A stretch of 64,000 nucleotides of DNA from Leptospira sp. (GTDB taxonomy: Bacteria; Spirochaetota; Leptospiria; Leptospirales; Leptospiraceae). Both the position numbers and the translations under genes were made by a program. Under the pieces are notes generated by a model. That model saw only the letters and a list, made by a program, of their open reading frames with translations, was not told the origin of the DNA and did no database searches. Shown piece by piece: positions 22,993 to 32,956 of the stretch; the stretch's first letter is position 1, and each line of letters starts with the position of its first letter. The stretch lies in NCBI GenBank assembly GCA_034439575.1, contig JAWXAQ010000027.1, forward strand, positions 160,001-224,000, in the 5' to 3' direction.

Positions 22993-23867
22993 ATCAAACA
23001 AACCCTTTCTAATTTGCATTCAGAACATATTTCATTTATCCTTTTGCCTTGGCATTTTTGAATCATACCGACTCTTGTTAAATAAAAGTCGTATAACAAG
23101 GGATCTTCGGGAGATAGCTTTCGAAAATAATCTCTAATTAATAAACTTTCTTTCAATCCGTAAGTTTTATTTTGTGAAATGCCTAAGATTCGTATCAATC
23201 TTTGGATATGAACATCTAAAGGGAAAGGTATATCACTACTTTTAATTTTTTGATACAAACCAAAATCTGGAAAATTTTTTCGCACCATCCATCTCAAAAA
23301 AAGGCAAATTCTTTTTTTAGCTGATTTTGCTTTTGGATCACCGATCAAAAAGCACAAACCTCTTGTTAGTTGTTTTTGTTTAGAAGTTGTTAGAATTTGA
23401 GTTTCTAATGTAGATTGGAAATTGGAAATTCCTTCAAAAGGTATAAAGAGTTCATTATCATTTAAAAATAATGATTCAAAAATTGGTTTTTGGGAACGCC
23501 GAGAGTAGTGAATTGTTAAAATCTCTGAAATGGATTTTAGGAGGATTAGATTATCTTCACGAGTTTGAAATCTATAATAAGAAATATTTTTTAAGGTATT
23601 ATGGTAATCAGAATTTTTTGTCGCAAGTGTTAAGTAAGGTGACGGTCCTAAATTTAAGAAGAGGGGCGATAAAAAAGAACGAATCGCTTTAACATTGCCA
23701 TAAGCAAATAAACATGTGAGAAGCGAAATGACTTCGATATCTAGAGGAGAATTGTATTCTTTTGGAAAACAAATAGGATCGGTTGAGAGATATTTTGGAT
23801 GATTGTATATTTCAATGACTTGGTTTAGGGCTTCTTTTAGTTCACTTGGAAAACTAAGAGGAGGCAT
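22971..23867 (-). CDS. TIGR02757/DUF2400 family protein (HhH-GPD-like)
   Basis: DPI.FP..Y, AYGNVKAI, SAKKRICLFLRWMVR, PLDVH, DPLLYDF; ATG at 23867 overlapping the HMG-CoA lyase stop. Confidence 0.82.
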   Translation of the reverse strand: MPPLSFPSELKEALNQVIEIYNHPKYLSTDPICFPKEYNSPLDIEVISLLTCLFAYGNVKAIRSFLSPLFLNLGPSPYLTLATKNSDYHNTLKNISYYRFQTREDNLILLKSISEILTIHYSRRSQKPIFESLFLNDNELFIPFEGISNFQSTLETQILTTSKQKQLTRGLCFLIGDPKAKSAKKRICLFLRWMVRKNFPDFGLYQKIKSSDIPFPLDVHIQRLIRILGISQNKTYGLKESLLIRDYFRKLSPEDPLLYDFYLTRVGMIQKCQGKRINEICSECKLERVCLIGSATGN

Positions 23868-24768
23868 TGGATTTTTCTCGCGCAATAAATGTACGAGAAG
23901 TGAGGCTTCGGCCAAGGCGAGATTGCATAAACGAAGAAGCATCGATTAATAAATCTAAGTTGATACCTGTAGAAAATCCAGCCCGCTCTAAAAAATAAAC
24001 CAAATCATCGGTTGCTAAATTACCAGATGCACCTTTAGCATAAGGGCAACCACCAAGACCACCTGCAGAAGAATCAAAGGAGCGAAGTCCCATATCTAAT
24101 GCTTGTTTAACGTTTGCGATGGCCATTCCGTAAGTATCGTGAAAGTGTCCGGCAAATAAGGATGCAGGAATTTCTTTGAGTAGACAATTTAGCAAAGATT
24201 CAATTTCAGATGGCACAGCAACGCCAATTGTTTCGCCGAGTGATATTTCGTAGGCACCATAGTCTAATAATTGCTTTGCGATATCTAAAGTTTTCTTTGG
24301 GTCAATTTTTCCTTCGTATGGGCAGGCAATGACAGTAGATATATAGCCCCGAACTTTGATGCCATCAGATTTTGCTCTGCTAAAAATTTCTTTAAATCCT
24401 TCTATGGATTCTTTCACTGTCCGGTTGATATTTTTTTTGGTAAAACTTTCGGAGGTCGCAGTAAAAATGGCAACTTCTTTAAAACCTGATGTTAGTGCGG
24501 ATTCATAACCTTTGTTATTGGGTGTTAGACAAGAATATTGAATATCATTTGTTAAAGATTTATTTTCAAAGATTAGTTTGGCAAGTTCCTCTGCATCTCC
24601 CATCTGGGGAACCCATTCTTTTTTGACAAAGGAGGTGGCTTCAATATGTTTGATCCCTGTTTTTGCGAGCAGTTTGATAAATTCAAATTTATCATTCGTT
24701 GAAATGATTGTTTTTTCATTTTGCAATCCATCACGAGGACCGACTTCTGTGATCTTAACAAAATTCAC
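23854..24768 (-). CDS. Hydroxymethylglutaryl-CoA lyase
   Basis: EVGPRDGLQNE, HFHDTYGMAIAN, GLGGCPYAKGASGNLAT. Confidence 0.95.
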   Translation of the reverse strand: MNFVKITEVGPRDGLQNEKTIISTNDKFEFIKLLAKTGIKHIEATSFVKKEWVPQMGDAEELAKLIFENKSLTNDIQYSCLTPNNKGYESALTSGFKEVAIFTATSESFTKKNINRTVKESIEGFKEIFSRAKSDGIKVRGYISTVIACPYEGKIDPKKTLDIAKQLLDYGAYEISLGETIGVAVPSEIESLLNCLLKEIPASLFAGHFHDTYGMAIANVKQALDMGLRSFDSSAGGLGGCPYAKGASGNLATDDLVYFLERAGFSTGINLDLLIDASSFMQSRLGRSLTSRTFIAREKSNASS

Positions 24769-24841
24769 TTGCCATAACCTTCCATGTTACCATTCTTTTC
24801 CCTAATCATTCATTGCAATCGTTTTTGTAAGATTCTTTATT

Positions 24842-25600
24842 GTGTTAGAAATCAAATCACTCAGCGTCTCTGTCGGGTCTAAAAAGATACTGAATGATAT
24901 CAGCATAATGGCTGATAGTGGGAAAATTACCGGTATCGTAGGAAAGTCTGGATCAGGAAAATCAACTCTTTTTAAAGTGATACTTGGGGTTTCTGAACTT
25001 CTAGAAGGCTTCAAAGTAGAGGGTGAAGTGACTTGGAATGGTTTGCACTTAAATAAATATAAAAAGAAACCAATCCAACCTGTTTTCCAAGATCCATTTT
25101 CCTATTTTTCCCCCTATTTGACTATTGAAAGAAGTTTATTGGAACCCATTTTCATTAAGGAAGGTCTTCGGCCAAAACCGAGCCATCTAATTCGTTACAA
25201 AGATAAAATGAATTCTTATATGGAATCTTTTCAGTTAAATCATTCCATTTTACTTAAAAAAACAGACCAATTGAGCGGTGGCCAATTGCAAAGATTAGCT
25301 ATACTTCGTGCTCTGTTATCTTCCCCTGATTTGATATTGTTAGACGAACCTGTTACCGCATTAGATGCATTAGTTCAAGTTGAAATTGTCCAAATGATCA
25401 GGGATTTAAATCAAAAAGAAAAAATGGGATTTGTTTTGGTTTCTCACGACTTGGGTCTTGTAAAAAATCTTTGTGACCAAGTTTATATTTTAAATGAAGG
25501 AAAAATTATAGAATTTGGCACATCTAAAGATATTTTTCAAAATCCAAAAATGGATTTTACAAAAGAGCTCATCCAATCAAGAGATTTGTCTAGACTTTAA
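24842..25600 (+). CDS. ABC transporter ATP-binding protein (DppD/F, peptide/nickel family), no permease adjacent
   Basis: Walker A GKSGSGKST, VFQDP, LSGGQLQR, LLDEPVTALD, SHDL. Confidence 0.9.
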   Translation: MLEIKSLSVSVGSKKILNDISIMADSGKITGIVGKSGSGKSTLFKVILGVSELLEGFKVEGEVTWNGLHLNKYKKKPIQPVFQDPFSYFSPYLTIERSLLEPIFIKEGLRPKPSHLIRYKDKMNSYMESFQLNHSILLKKTDQLSGGQLQRLAILRALLSSPDLILLDEPVTALDALVQVEIVQMIRDLNQKEKMGFVLVSHDLGLVKNLCDQVYILNEGKIIEFGTSKDIFQNPKMDFTKELIQSRDLSRL

Positions 25601-25601
25601 A

Positions 25602-26618
25602 TCATTCTGGATTTTCAACAGGCACTTCTTCCGAATCATCTAACTGTGATTTTTTGGCTTCTGCGAATTTTTTGGCAATATCTCTTCGCCTTGCGATTAC
25701 TTTCGGGGAAACTGTCGCAAAAAATGGATCATTAGGAAAACTAAGCATTTTCGTATATTCTTGTTCGGCGGTCTCATAATCCGTAACTTTGGATGCGGTC
25801 TCTGCATAATAATAATGGAATTTTTTATCATAAGGAACTGGTCTTCCTTCTTGGGAGGTGAGGGATGTGCGAGCAAAGATTTTATATGCTATATGATGAT
25901 TTCCTTTTTCCATTTCGATTCGTGCAAAACCCAATTTAACATTCGGACTTGATTCTTGAATTTTTGATGCTTCTTGTAAATATTGGAAAGCTCTGTTTTT
26001 TAAACCTGTGGCGATATAATGATCACTCAGTCGAATCAATGCTTCGGTATCATAATTATTTTTTTTCACAGCCAGTTTGTAATTTAGAATAGCATAATAT
26101 ACTTGTCTTGTAATTTCCGAAAGTATGCCGATATGTAAATAGGTTTTAAAATAATCAGGAAATTCTGTTTTAGCGAATTCGAATTGGATGAGAGCATCTT
26201 CGTATTCATAATCAATGGAATGTAACCTCCCTAAATTGTATCGAAAGGGAAAAAACTGGGGATCATATTTTAAACCAGCCTGGAACATTTTTTTTGCTTC
26301 GGTTCGCTCTTTCTGTTTTCCTGTAAGAGCCAATTTGACTGCTTCATTATTCCAGAGTCCGGAATTTTCTATGGTTTTTCCTTCGTAAACAAAACTGCTA
26401 CGAGATCTAGGTGGCTCACCTTGGTAGAGTTTTCCTGTAGCTAGTATAAAATCGGCTTTATGATAGATAAAACTGCCATTTGGAAAATCTGATGTATCAA
26501 ATTCCTCATCTTTTCCCCATAAAAGTTCTGCATATTCCTTATCTCCGATTTGTTTTTGGGCAATAAGGAATGTGAATGAACAAAACAATAGTGCGAAACA
26601 GAACAAATATCGGAACAT
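25602..26618 (-). CDS. Exported tetratricopeptide repeat protein
   Basis: Signal-like N-terminus; TPR-like repeats (YNLGRLH, YLHIGIL, A..Y..A...P). Confidence 0.7.
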   Translation of the reverse strand: MFRYLFCFALLFCSFTFLIAQKQIGDKEYAELLWGKDEEFDTSDFPNGSFIYHKADFILATGKLYQGEPPRSRSSFVYEGKTIENSGLWNNEAVKLALTGKQKERTEAKKMFQAGLKYDPQFFPFRYNLGRLHSIDYEYEDALIQFEFAKTEFPDYFKTYLHIGILSEITRQVYYAILNYKLAVKKNNYDTEALIRLSDHYIATGLKNRAFQYLQEASKIQESSPNVKLGFARIEMEKGNHHIAYKIFARTSLTSQEGRPVPYDKKFHYYYAETASKVTDYETAEQEYTKMLSFPNDPFFATVSPKVIARRRDIAKKFAEAKKSQLDDSEEVPVENPE

Positions 26619-26627
26619 GGCAATTGT

Positions 26628-27233
26628 ATGTCTCAGGATGTGATCCTTGAAAATAAATCTCTCACATTAACTGTCGGTTATAAAACACTTTTTCGTGAAT
26701 TGCCGATTTCTTTTCCGAGCACTGGACTTGTTCTTATCGAAGGAGAAAATGGAGCAGGAAAAACAACCTTACTGCGAGAGATTTATTTGAATGGCACTGA
26801 TTCTCCAAACTGGCACTGGCCCTTGGGAAAACAAAATATTGGATTTTTAGGTCATGAATTAGGACTTTATACTTCGCTCACTTTGGAAGAAAATCTTCGT
26901 TATTTTTCTTCGCTAAGTAAAACTTCCCTGAGTGAATCTGAAATTTTATCTATGGTTGATTTTTATAAACTCACTCGTAGAAAAAAAGATCCCATTTATA
27001 CATATTCACGAGGTATGAAACAAAAGGCAGCTATCCTTAGAACCTTTGTTTCCAATCCAAAAATAATTTTAATGGATGAGCCATTCACTGGTCTCGATAA
27101 AGAAGCCATTAGCCTTTTTACCTCACATTTAAATAGAGAAAAGAAAGATCGATTGATCGTTGTCGTATTGCACGAAATTCCAGGCGGCCTTATCATAGAT
27201 AAAAAGATTTCTATAGGTAAGGAAAAATTTTAG
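26628..27233 (+). CDS. ccmA: Heme exporter ATP-binding protein CcmA
   Basis: GENGAGKTTLL, FLGHELGLY..LT..ENL, YSRGMKQ, MDEPFTGLD; precedes ccmB and ccmC. Confidence 0.85.
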   Translation: MSQDVILENKSLTLTVGYKTLFRELPISFPSTGLVLIEGENGAGKTTLLREIYLNGTDSPNWHWPLGKQNIGFLGHELGLYTSLTLEENLRYFSSLSKTSLSESEILSMVDFYKLTRRKKDPIYTYSRGMKQKAAILRTFVSNPKIILMDEPFTGLDKEAISLFTSHLNREKKDRLIVVVLHEIPGGLIIDKKISIGKEKF

Positions 27234-27889
27234 TGTTTTTGAAATTAGTAAAAAAAGAATTCCTCCTCGTCGGAAGATCCCTTGGCGGTTTACTTTCCCT
27301 TGTCTCTTTGAGTCTTTGTGTCATGTTTATATTTTATACTTCTATTGAGGTGAATGAAAGTTTGAGTGAAAGGAGTGTTAGGGGACTCAAATGGGCGATC
27401 CTTTTTGTTTTAAATTTTGTTTTGGTCGGCCAATCACTTTGGGAAGAACGAGAAGCGGGGGGATGGTTTGCCTCTTTATCATTTGTTTCGGTCAGTAAAT
27501 TGTTTTTTGCAAAGTCATTTGTGATTTGGTTATGTACATCTATATCAAACGCCTTACTCATATTAGTTTTTTGTGTTTTCTTTCAAAACGCCCATATGGA
27601 TTCTTTTTTAGGCCAATGGCTATTTTCTAATCTTGGTAGTCTCTCTCTTGTTTTTCTTGGTGTTTCTATGGGGCTCATTTCTGAAGAAAGTAGAGTGAAA
27701 GAAATCGTCTTACCCTTATTGCAGCTACCATTTTCGATTCCCTTATTTCTTTTTGGTTTGGAAGCAGAAACACGATTCTGGATGGAATCTGGCTTTTATT
27801 TTCCAAGTGTTTTCCTCCTTCTCTTTTTTGCGGTTTTTTACGGTGCTTTGGGTGGACTTTTTCTAGAAATCCTGAAGAAAGAATCCTGA
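27233..27889 (+). CDS. ccmB: Heme exporter protein CcmB
   Basis: Multi-TM protein, LPLLQLPFSIPL motif, between ccmA and ccmC. Confidence 0.8.
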   Translation: MFLKLVKKEFLLVGRSLGGLLSLVSLSLCVMFIFYTSIEVNESLSERSVRGLKWAILFVLNFVLVGQSLWEEREAGGWFASLSFVSVSKLFFAKSFVIWLCTSISNALLILVFCVFFQNAHMDSFLGQWLFSNLGSLSLVFLGVSMGLISEESRVKEIVLPLLQLPFSIPLFLFGLEAETRFWMESGFYFPSVFLLLFFAVFYGALGGLFLEILKKES

Positions 27890-27937
27890 TTTCCCTTTTT
27901 TCCTAGAATTTTAAAGAGAATTCGCAATACTGGACTT

Positions 27938-28636
27938 GTGAGAAAAAAGATTCCCTTAATCCCCATGGCAGTCGATTGGCTATTGTGGTTACTTGTATCC
28001 ATCTCGGTACCTGTTGCTATTTTTATGGGACTCATGTATCCAAACGTGATATTAGAACAAGGCCTGAGTCACAGAATTTTTTACTTCCATGTTCCGGTCG
28101 CATGGGTTGCGTTATATGGACCCATCCTTGCCAGTGTGTTCTCTTTATTTTTTCTTTTTTCAAAAAAAGTGATTTGGGATCATTTGGCATTCACATCAAA
28201 CCAATTGTCATTTTTATTCGCTCTTGGAGTTTTATTTTCTGGTCCAATATGGGCGTATAGTGCTTGGGGGGTGCCTTGGGATAGAACGGATGCTAGGTTA
28301 CAGTCTTTCTTTATTTTATGCCTCACTCTTGTATCTTATTTTGTCTTTCGTTTTCTCATTCAAGATCCTAAAAAAAAGGCCATTCTTTCTTCTTATCTTT
28401 CTTTACTTTGTGCTATGAGTTCTATCCTCACTTGGGGTGCCATTCGTTGGATAGAAAATCCCGGAAACCATCCAGGCTCTGTTCTTGGCAAGGGAGGAAT
28501 GGATGTTGATATGAAATTGACTTTTTGGTTTAGTGTATTGGCATTTCATTTTTTATTTTTATTACTCTTTTTACTCACCTATCGTTCTGAAAAAATTATA
28601 GCCTATAGAGATTCACTTCGAGTGGAAAGAGGTTAG
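27938..28636 (+). CDS. ccmC: Heme exporter/cytochrome c biogenesis protein CcmC
   Basis: [11 protein letters not shown] and WWD-like [18 protein letters not shown], downstream conserved His (NHP). Confidence 0.9.
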   Translation: MRKKIPLIPMAVDWLLWLLVSISVPVAIFMGLMYPNVILEQGLSHRIFYFHVPVAWVALYGPILASVFSLFFLFSKKVIWDHLAFTSNQLSFLFALGVLFSGPIWAYSAWGVPWDRTDARLQSFFILCLTLVSYFVFRFLIQDPKKKAILSSYLSLLCAMSSILTWGAIRWIENPGNHPGSVLGKGGMDVDMKLTFWFSVLAFHFLFLLLFLLTYRSEKIIAYRDSLRVERG

Positions 28637-28639
28637 CTA

Positions 28640-29770
28640 ATGATTCTCTCCGATAAAGAAAATCATAATATTCTTATCGTAGATGATGTTGCAGAGAATG
28701 TTGAATTATTAAAATACTTACTATCGAGTGAAGGATTTAATACTTTTACTGCTTCTTCTGCGGAAGAGGCCAGGTTGATTTTAGTTAATACTGCCATTGA
28801 TGTATTGCTATTAGATGTCAATATGCCTGTGCAAGATGGATTTTCATTTTGTCGGGAACTGCGTAGCATTGATAAATATAAACTACTACCTATCATATTC
28901 ATCACTTCGATAGAAAGAGAAATTGGTTTTGAAGAGGCCATGCGTAATGGTGGCGATGATTTTATCAATAAACCATTCAATAAAAGAGAGTTAGTCGCCA
29001 AAATCCACTCGATTGTTCGCATCAAAGATTTGCAAGACGAACTCACACAAGAAAAAGCAAAGTACGAAAAAGAATTACAAACGGCAAGAAAAGTACAAGA
29101 CCAATTGATTCCGGAAAAAAAATTCATATGGAATGGTATCAAAGCGGAGACTTTATTTCATCCGTACTTCCAAATTGGTGGAGATTTTGTAGATTCTTGG
29201 GCTGATGCAAAAAAATTGCATATTGTCATTGCCGATTGTTCAGGACATGGACCGAGTGCTGCTCTTATCGGTGCCATGTTTAAAATGCAACTTTTTAATT
29301 TAAACCCACAAATGGGATTAAAAGAGAGAGTTGATCATATCCGTAAAAATATGGAAATCGTATTGCCTGAAGATTATTCTATAACATTTTGTTATGCTAT
29401 GTTAGATGAAGATTTTACTTTAACATATATTAATGGGGGGCATCCTGCTCCATTAGTTTTTATGAATGGCGCTACTTCATTTTTGGAAGGTAGAAGTCCG
29501 ATGATTATGGGAATTAATTTGAACGCCAAAGACGAGGTTCAAACTATAAAATTACCTCCACATTCAAAGTTATTTCTTTATACAGATGGAGCGAGTGAAG
29601 CTATGAATGAATCTTCAGCCTATTTAGCAGAAGAAGGTATGAAAGATATATTTCATACCGCCGTCATGGAGGGAGGGGAAATTTTGGAATTAGTGAGAAA
29701 CAAAATATTATCTTTTTGCGGTACCAGGGCACCACTTGATGATATGGCTATGGTATGCATACAATTATGA
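28640..29770 (+). CDS. Response regulator receiver + PP2C/SpoIIE (RsbU-like) phosphatase
   Basis: [42 protein letters not shown]. Confidence 0.92.
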   Translation: MILSDKENHNILIVDDVAENVELLKYLLSSEGFNTFTASSAEEARLILVNTAIDVLLLDVNMPVQDGFSFCRELRSIDKYKLLPIIFITSIEREIGFEEAMRNGGDDFINKPFNKRELVAKIHSIVRIKDLQDELTQEKAKYEKELQTARKVQDQLIPEKKFIWNGIKAETLFHPYFQIGGDFVDSWADAKKLHIVIADCSGHGPSAALIGAMFKMQLFNLNPQMGLKERVDHIRKNMEIVLPEDYSITFCYAMLDEDFTLTYINGGHPAPLVFMNGATSFLEGRSPMIMGINLNAKDEVQTIKLPPHSKLFLYTDGASEAMNESSAYLAEEGMKDIFHTAVMEGGEILELVRNKILSFCGTRAPLDDMAMVCIQL

Positions 29771-30618
29771 ATCCAAGTTACAGAGGAAAAGTTCGGGATG
29801 TCTATGATCTTGGTGACAAACTGGTTTTATGTGCTACGGACAGAATATCTGCGTTCGATGTAGTATTCGCGGAAAGTGTTCCAGATAAAGGAAAGATATT
29901 AACTCGTATTTCTACAAAATGGTTTCAATTTTTTAAGGAATATAAAAATCATCTTATCACAGATAACATTAGTTTGTTCCCCGATCCATTTAAAAACCAA
30001 GAATCATTTAAAGATAGATCCGTTTTAGTAAAAAAAACAAAACGCATTGATTATGAATGTGTGGTTCGCGGGTATATTTCTGGCTCTGCCTATAAAGAAT
30101 ATAAAGCTACTGGCCAAGTCGCATTTGTAGATTATCCGAAGGGAATGTTTGAATCAGAAAAATTTGGAAGTCCGATTTTTACACCTGCCAGAAAGAATGA
30201 TGAAGGTCACGATGAAAATATTAGCGAAGATACTATGCGAAACGAAATCGGAGCAGATCTTTTTTCAAAATTAAAGGAAACATCCATTTCTATTTATTCC
30301 AAAGCACACGAACAGATGTTAAAAGAGGGTATTTTGCTTTGTGATACAAAATTTGAATTTGGACTCCTAAACGACGAACCCATATTAATTGATGAAATTT
30401 TAACTCCAGATTCTTCTCGTTATTGGGATTTGGATGCATATAAAGTGGGAACAACACCTGCCAGTTTAGATAAGCAGATCCTTAGAAATTGGCTAGAAAC
30501 TACGGGTTGGAATAAAACACCACCAGCTCCTGCCTTGCCTGCCTCATTGATTTTAGAACTTAGAGCAAAATATTTACAATTAGAAGAGAAAATTAACAAA
30601 TGTTTATCATCAAAATAA
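29767..30618 (+). CDS. purC: SAICAR synthase
   Basis: [47 protein letters not shown] overlap with upstream stop. Confidence 0.97.
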   Translation: MNPSYRGKVRDVYDLGDKLVLCATDRISAFDVVFAESVPDKGKILTRISTKWFQFFKEYKNHLITDNISLFPDPFKNQESFKDRSVLVKKTKRIDYECVVRGYISGSAYKEYKATGQVAFVDYPKGMFESEKFGSPIFTPARKNDEGHDENISEDTMRNEIGADLFSKLKETSISIYSKAHEQMLKEGILLCDTKFEFGLLNDEPILIDEILTPDSSRYWDLDAYKVGTTPASLDKQILRNWLETTGWNKTPPAPALPASLILELRAKYLQLEEKINKCLSSK

Positions 30619-30848
30619 ATATCACATTAAAAGATTCCGTATTAGATCCGCAAGGGCAAACCGTCTTGCGTGCATTACACGACCAAGGCAAAGAATTGGT
30701 AAGTGATTTGCGTGTGGGAAAATATATCGAAGTCAAAGTTAAAACAGATGATAAGTCTGTGGCAGAAAAGCACGCTAAAGACTTATGTGAATCCATACTT
30801 GTAAACCAAGTCATTGAAACCTATCGTTATACTGTAGAAAAATTATGA
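30600..30848 (+). CDS. purS: FGAM synthase subunit PurS
   Basis: [21 protein letters not shown]. Confidence 0.95.
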   Translation: MFIIKINITLKDSVLDPQGQTVLRALHDQGKELVSDLRVGKYIEVKVKTDDKSVAEKHAKDLCESILVNQVIETYRYTVEKL

Positions 30849-31498
30849 AAGTTAATGTGATCACATTTCCAGGTTCCAATTGTGATAAAGACATTGGTTC
30901 TATACTCGCAAAAGAATATTCGGCAGACGTTTCTTTTATTTGGCATAGAGACCAATTTGAGAATGAACCCGACTTGGTTGTGTTACCTGGTGGATTTTCT
31001 TTTGGTGATTATTTGCGATGTGGAGCTATGGCAAAGTACAGTCCGTCCATGAAATCTGTCTTGGAACATAAAAATCGAGGTGGAATGATTCTAGGAGTCT
31101 GTAACGGTTTCCAAATTCTTACAGAAAGCGAACTTTTGCCAGGTGCCTTGCTACACAATCGGTCTTTAAAATATATCTGTAAGGATGTGGATTTAAACCC
31201 TGTTAAGAATAATTCTATTTCTAAAGATATCCATAAACCAAATCTCACTATCCCAATTGCCCATGGAGAAGGGGCTTTTTATGCAGAGCCTGAAACTCTA
31301 AATCAAATAGAAGGTAATGGCCAAGTCGTATTTCGTTATGCACAAAATCCCAATGGATCACTCAACGATATCGCAGGACTTTCGGATAAGGCAGGTAGAG
31401 TGATCGGAATGATGCCACATCCAGAACGAGCGATCAATCCTTATACAGATCATATGGATGGAAAAATAATTTTTGATGCTATTTTTGCAAAAATGTAA
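30845..31498 (+). CDS. purQ: FGAM synthase subunit PurQ
   Basis: FPGSNCD, PGGFSFGDYLRCGA, GVCNGFQIL, GMMPHPER. Confidence 0.98.
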   Translation: MKVNVITFPGSNCDKDIGSILAKEYSADVSFIWHRDQFENEPDLVVLPGGFSFGDYLRCGAMAKYSPSMKSVLEHKNRGGMILGVCNGFQILTESELLPGALLHNRSLKYICKDVDLNPVKNNSISKDIHKPNLTIPIAHGEGAFYAEPETLNQIEGNGQVVFRYAQNPNGSLNDIAGLSDKAGRVIGMMPHPERAINPYTDHMDGKIIFDAIFAKM

Positions 31499-31512
31499 AT
31501 AAGATTAAGCAC

Positions 31513-31540
31513 TTGTCTTGCTTTTTCGTCAAAGTATAAT
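31513..31540 (+). promoter_or_regulatory. Putative sigma70 promoter of glgC
   Basis: TTGTCT-16 nt-TATAAT, 14 nt before glgC ATG. Confidence 0.55.
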
Positions 31541-31554
31541 ATAAAGATACCTCT

Positions 31555-32838
31555 ATGCGTTTCCAGGAAGACTCAATTGATTGCGTGGATTTTATATTAA
31601 GAAAGGACGAAGTTCTGACAGTCATTTTAGGGGGGGGAAAGGGAACGCGCCTTCTCCCACTAACGGAGAAAAGGTCTAAGCCTGCCGTCAGCTTTGGCGG
31701 AAAGTATAGACTTATTGATATTCCTATTTCCAATTCACTCAATAGCGGTTTTGAAAAAATCTTTGTTTTAACACAGTTTAATTCCTATTCTCTCAATCGT
31801 CACGTCCATCGAACGTATTCTTCAAATTCCATTCACCAAAAAACCTTCGTGGAAATTATCGCTGCAGAACAAACCGTTTCGAGTATCAATTGGTTTGAAG
31901 GCACGGCGGATGCTGTGCGAAAAGTATTGCCCTATATCCGAGAACAAAAACCAAAATATGTTCTGATTCTTTCCGGGGACCAATTGTACAATATGGATCT
32001 CTCTGACTTTATGCAAAACCATCTGATTGATCCCGAAACAGAAATCAGTGTCGCCTGCAATGCCGTTAGCGAAGACCAAGTGCATGGTTTGGGAATTGTA
32101 AAAACGGGAGTGGGTGGATTTATCCAAGAATTTATAGAAAAACCGCAAGATATTTCCCAAGTAGAATCCTGCCGGCAACCCTCGGATTTGTTTTTAGCAA
32201 ATATGGGGATTTATATTTTTAATACCCGCACTCTAGTCGAAGTCTTAGAAGATCCAACCATGACTGATTTTGGCAAGGAGATCCTGCCAAAAGCGATCAG
32301 CGAAAAAAAAGTCAAAGCCTATGTATACGACGGTTATTGGGAAGATATAGGAACCATACGCGCCTTTTACGATGCCAATTTGATGCTAACAGATGATATC
32401 CCTAAGTTCAATCTTTACCTAGAAAAAACTCCCTTTTATACGAGGGCACGTTCCTTGCCCCCCACTAAGATTAACAATGCGATTGTCAATAAAGCTCTGA
32501 TTTCCGAAGGAACGATATTGAATCACTGCGAAATTCATCGTTCGGTGATCGGCGTTCGGCAATTTATTGACCATGGCACTAAAATTTATGATTCGGTTAT
32601 TATGGGACTTGATAATTACGGTTCCTTTGATCGTAAATCAGGTAGAATTCCCAATGGGATCGGACCTGATTGCGAAATTCGAAATGCCATCGTGGATAAA
32701 GACTGCGCCATCGGAACAGGTGTTAAGTTGCTGAACAAAAATCATTATTCAGAATATGAAGATGAGTTTGTGCGCATACGTGATGGCATCATTGTTGTGC
32801 CAAGACATACGACAATACCTGATGGGTATGAAATTTAG
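31555..32838 (+). CDS. glgC: Glucose-1-phosphate adenylyltransferase
   Basis: LGGGKGTRL.PLT..RSKPAV.FGGKYRLIDIP, WFEGTADAVR, FIEKP, YWEDIGTI. Confidence 0.96.
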   Translation: MRFQEDSIDCVDFILRKDEVLTVILGGGKGTRLLPLTEKRSKPAVSFGGKYRLIDIPISNSLNSGFEKIFVLTQFNSYSLNRHVHRTYSSNSIHQKTFVEIIAAEQTVSSINWFEGTADAVRKVLPYIREQKPKYVLILSGDQLYNMDLSDFMQNHLIDPETEISVACNAVSEDQVHGLGIVKTGVGGFIQEFIEKPQDISQVESCRQPSDLFLANMGIYIFNTRTLVEVLEDPTMTDFGKEILPKAISEKKVKAYVYDGYWEDIGTIRAFYDANLMLTDDIPKFNLYLEKTPFYTRARSLPPTKINNAIVNKALISEGTILNHCEIHRSVIGVRQFIDHGTKIYDSVIMGLDNYGSFDRKSGRIPNGIGPDCEIRNAIVDKDCAIGTGVKLLNKNHYSEYEDEFVRIRDGIIVVPRHTTIPDGYEI

Positions 32839-32956
32839 CATTGCACAAAAATGACATAAATGTCACAAATTGATCCTTTTTTGACACTCAAAAACTAAAT
32901 TTTCCTTGCCAACCCTCGTGATAACCCGAATCTATCCTTAAGAAATTAAGCGAACT

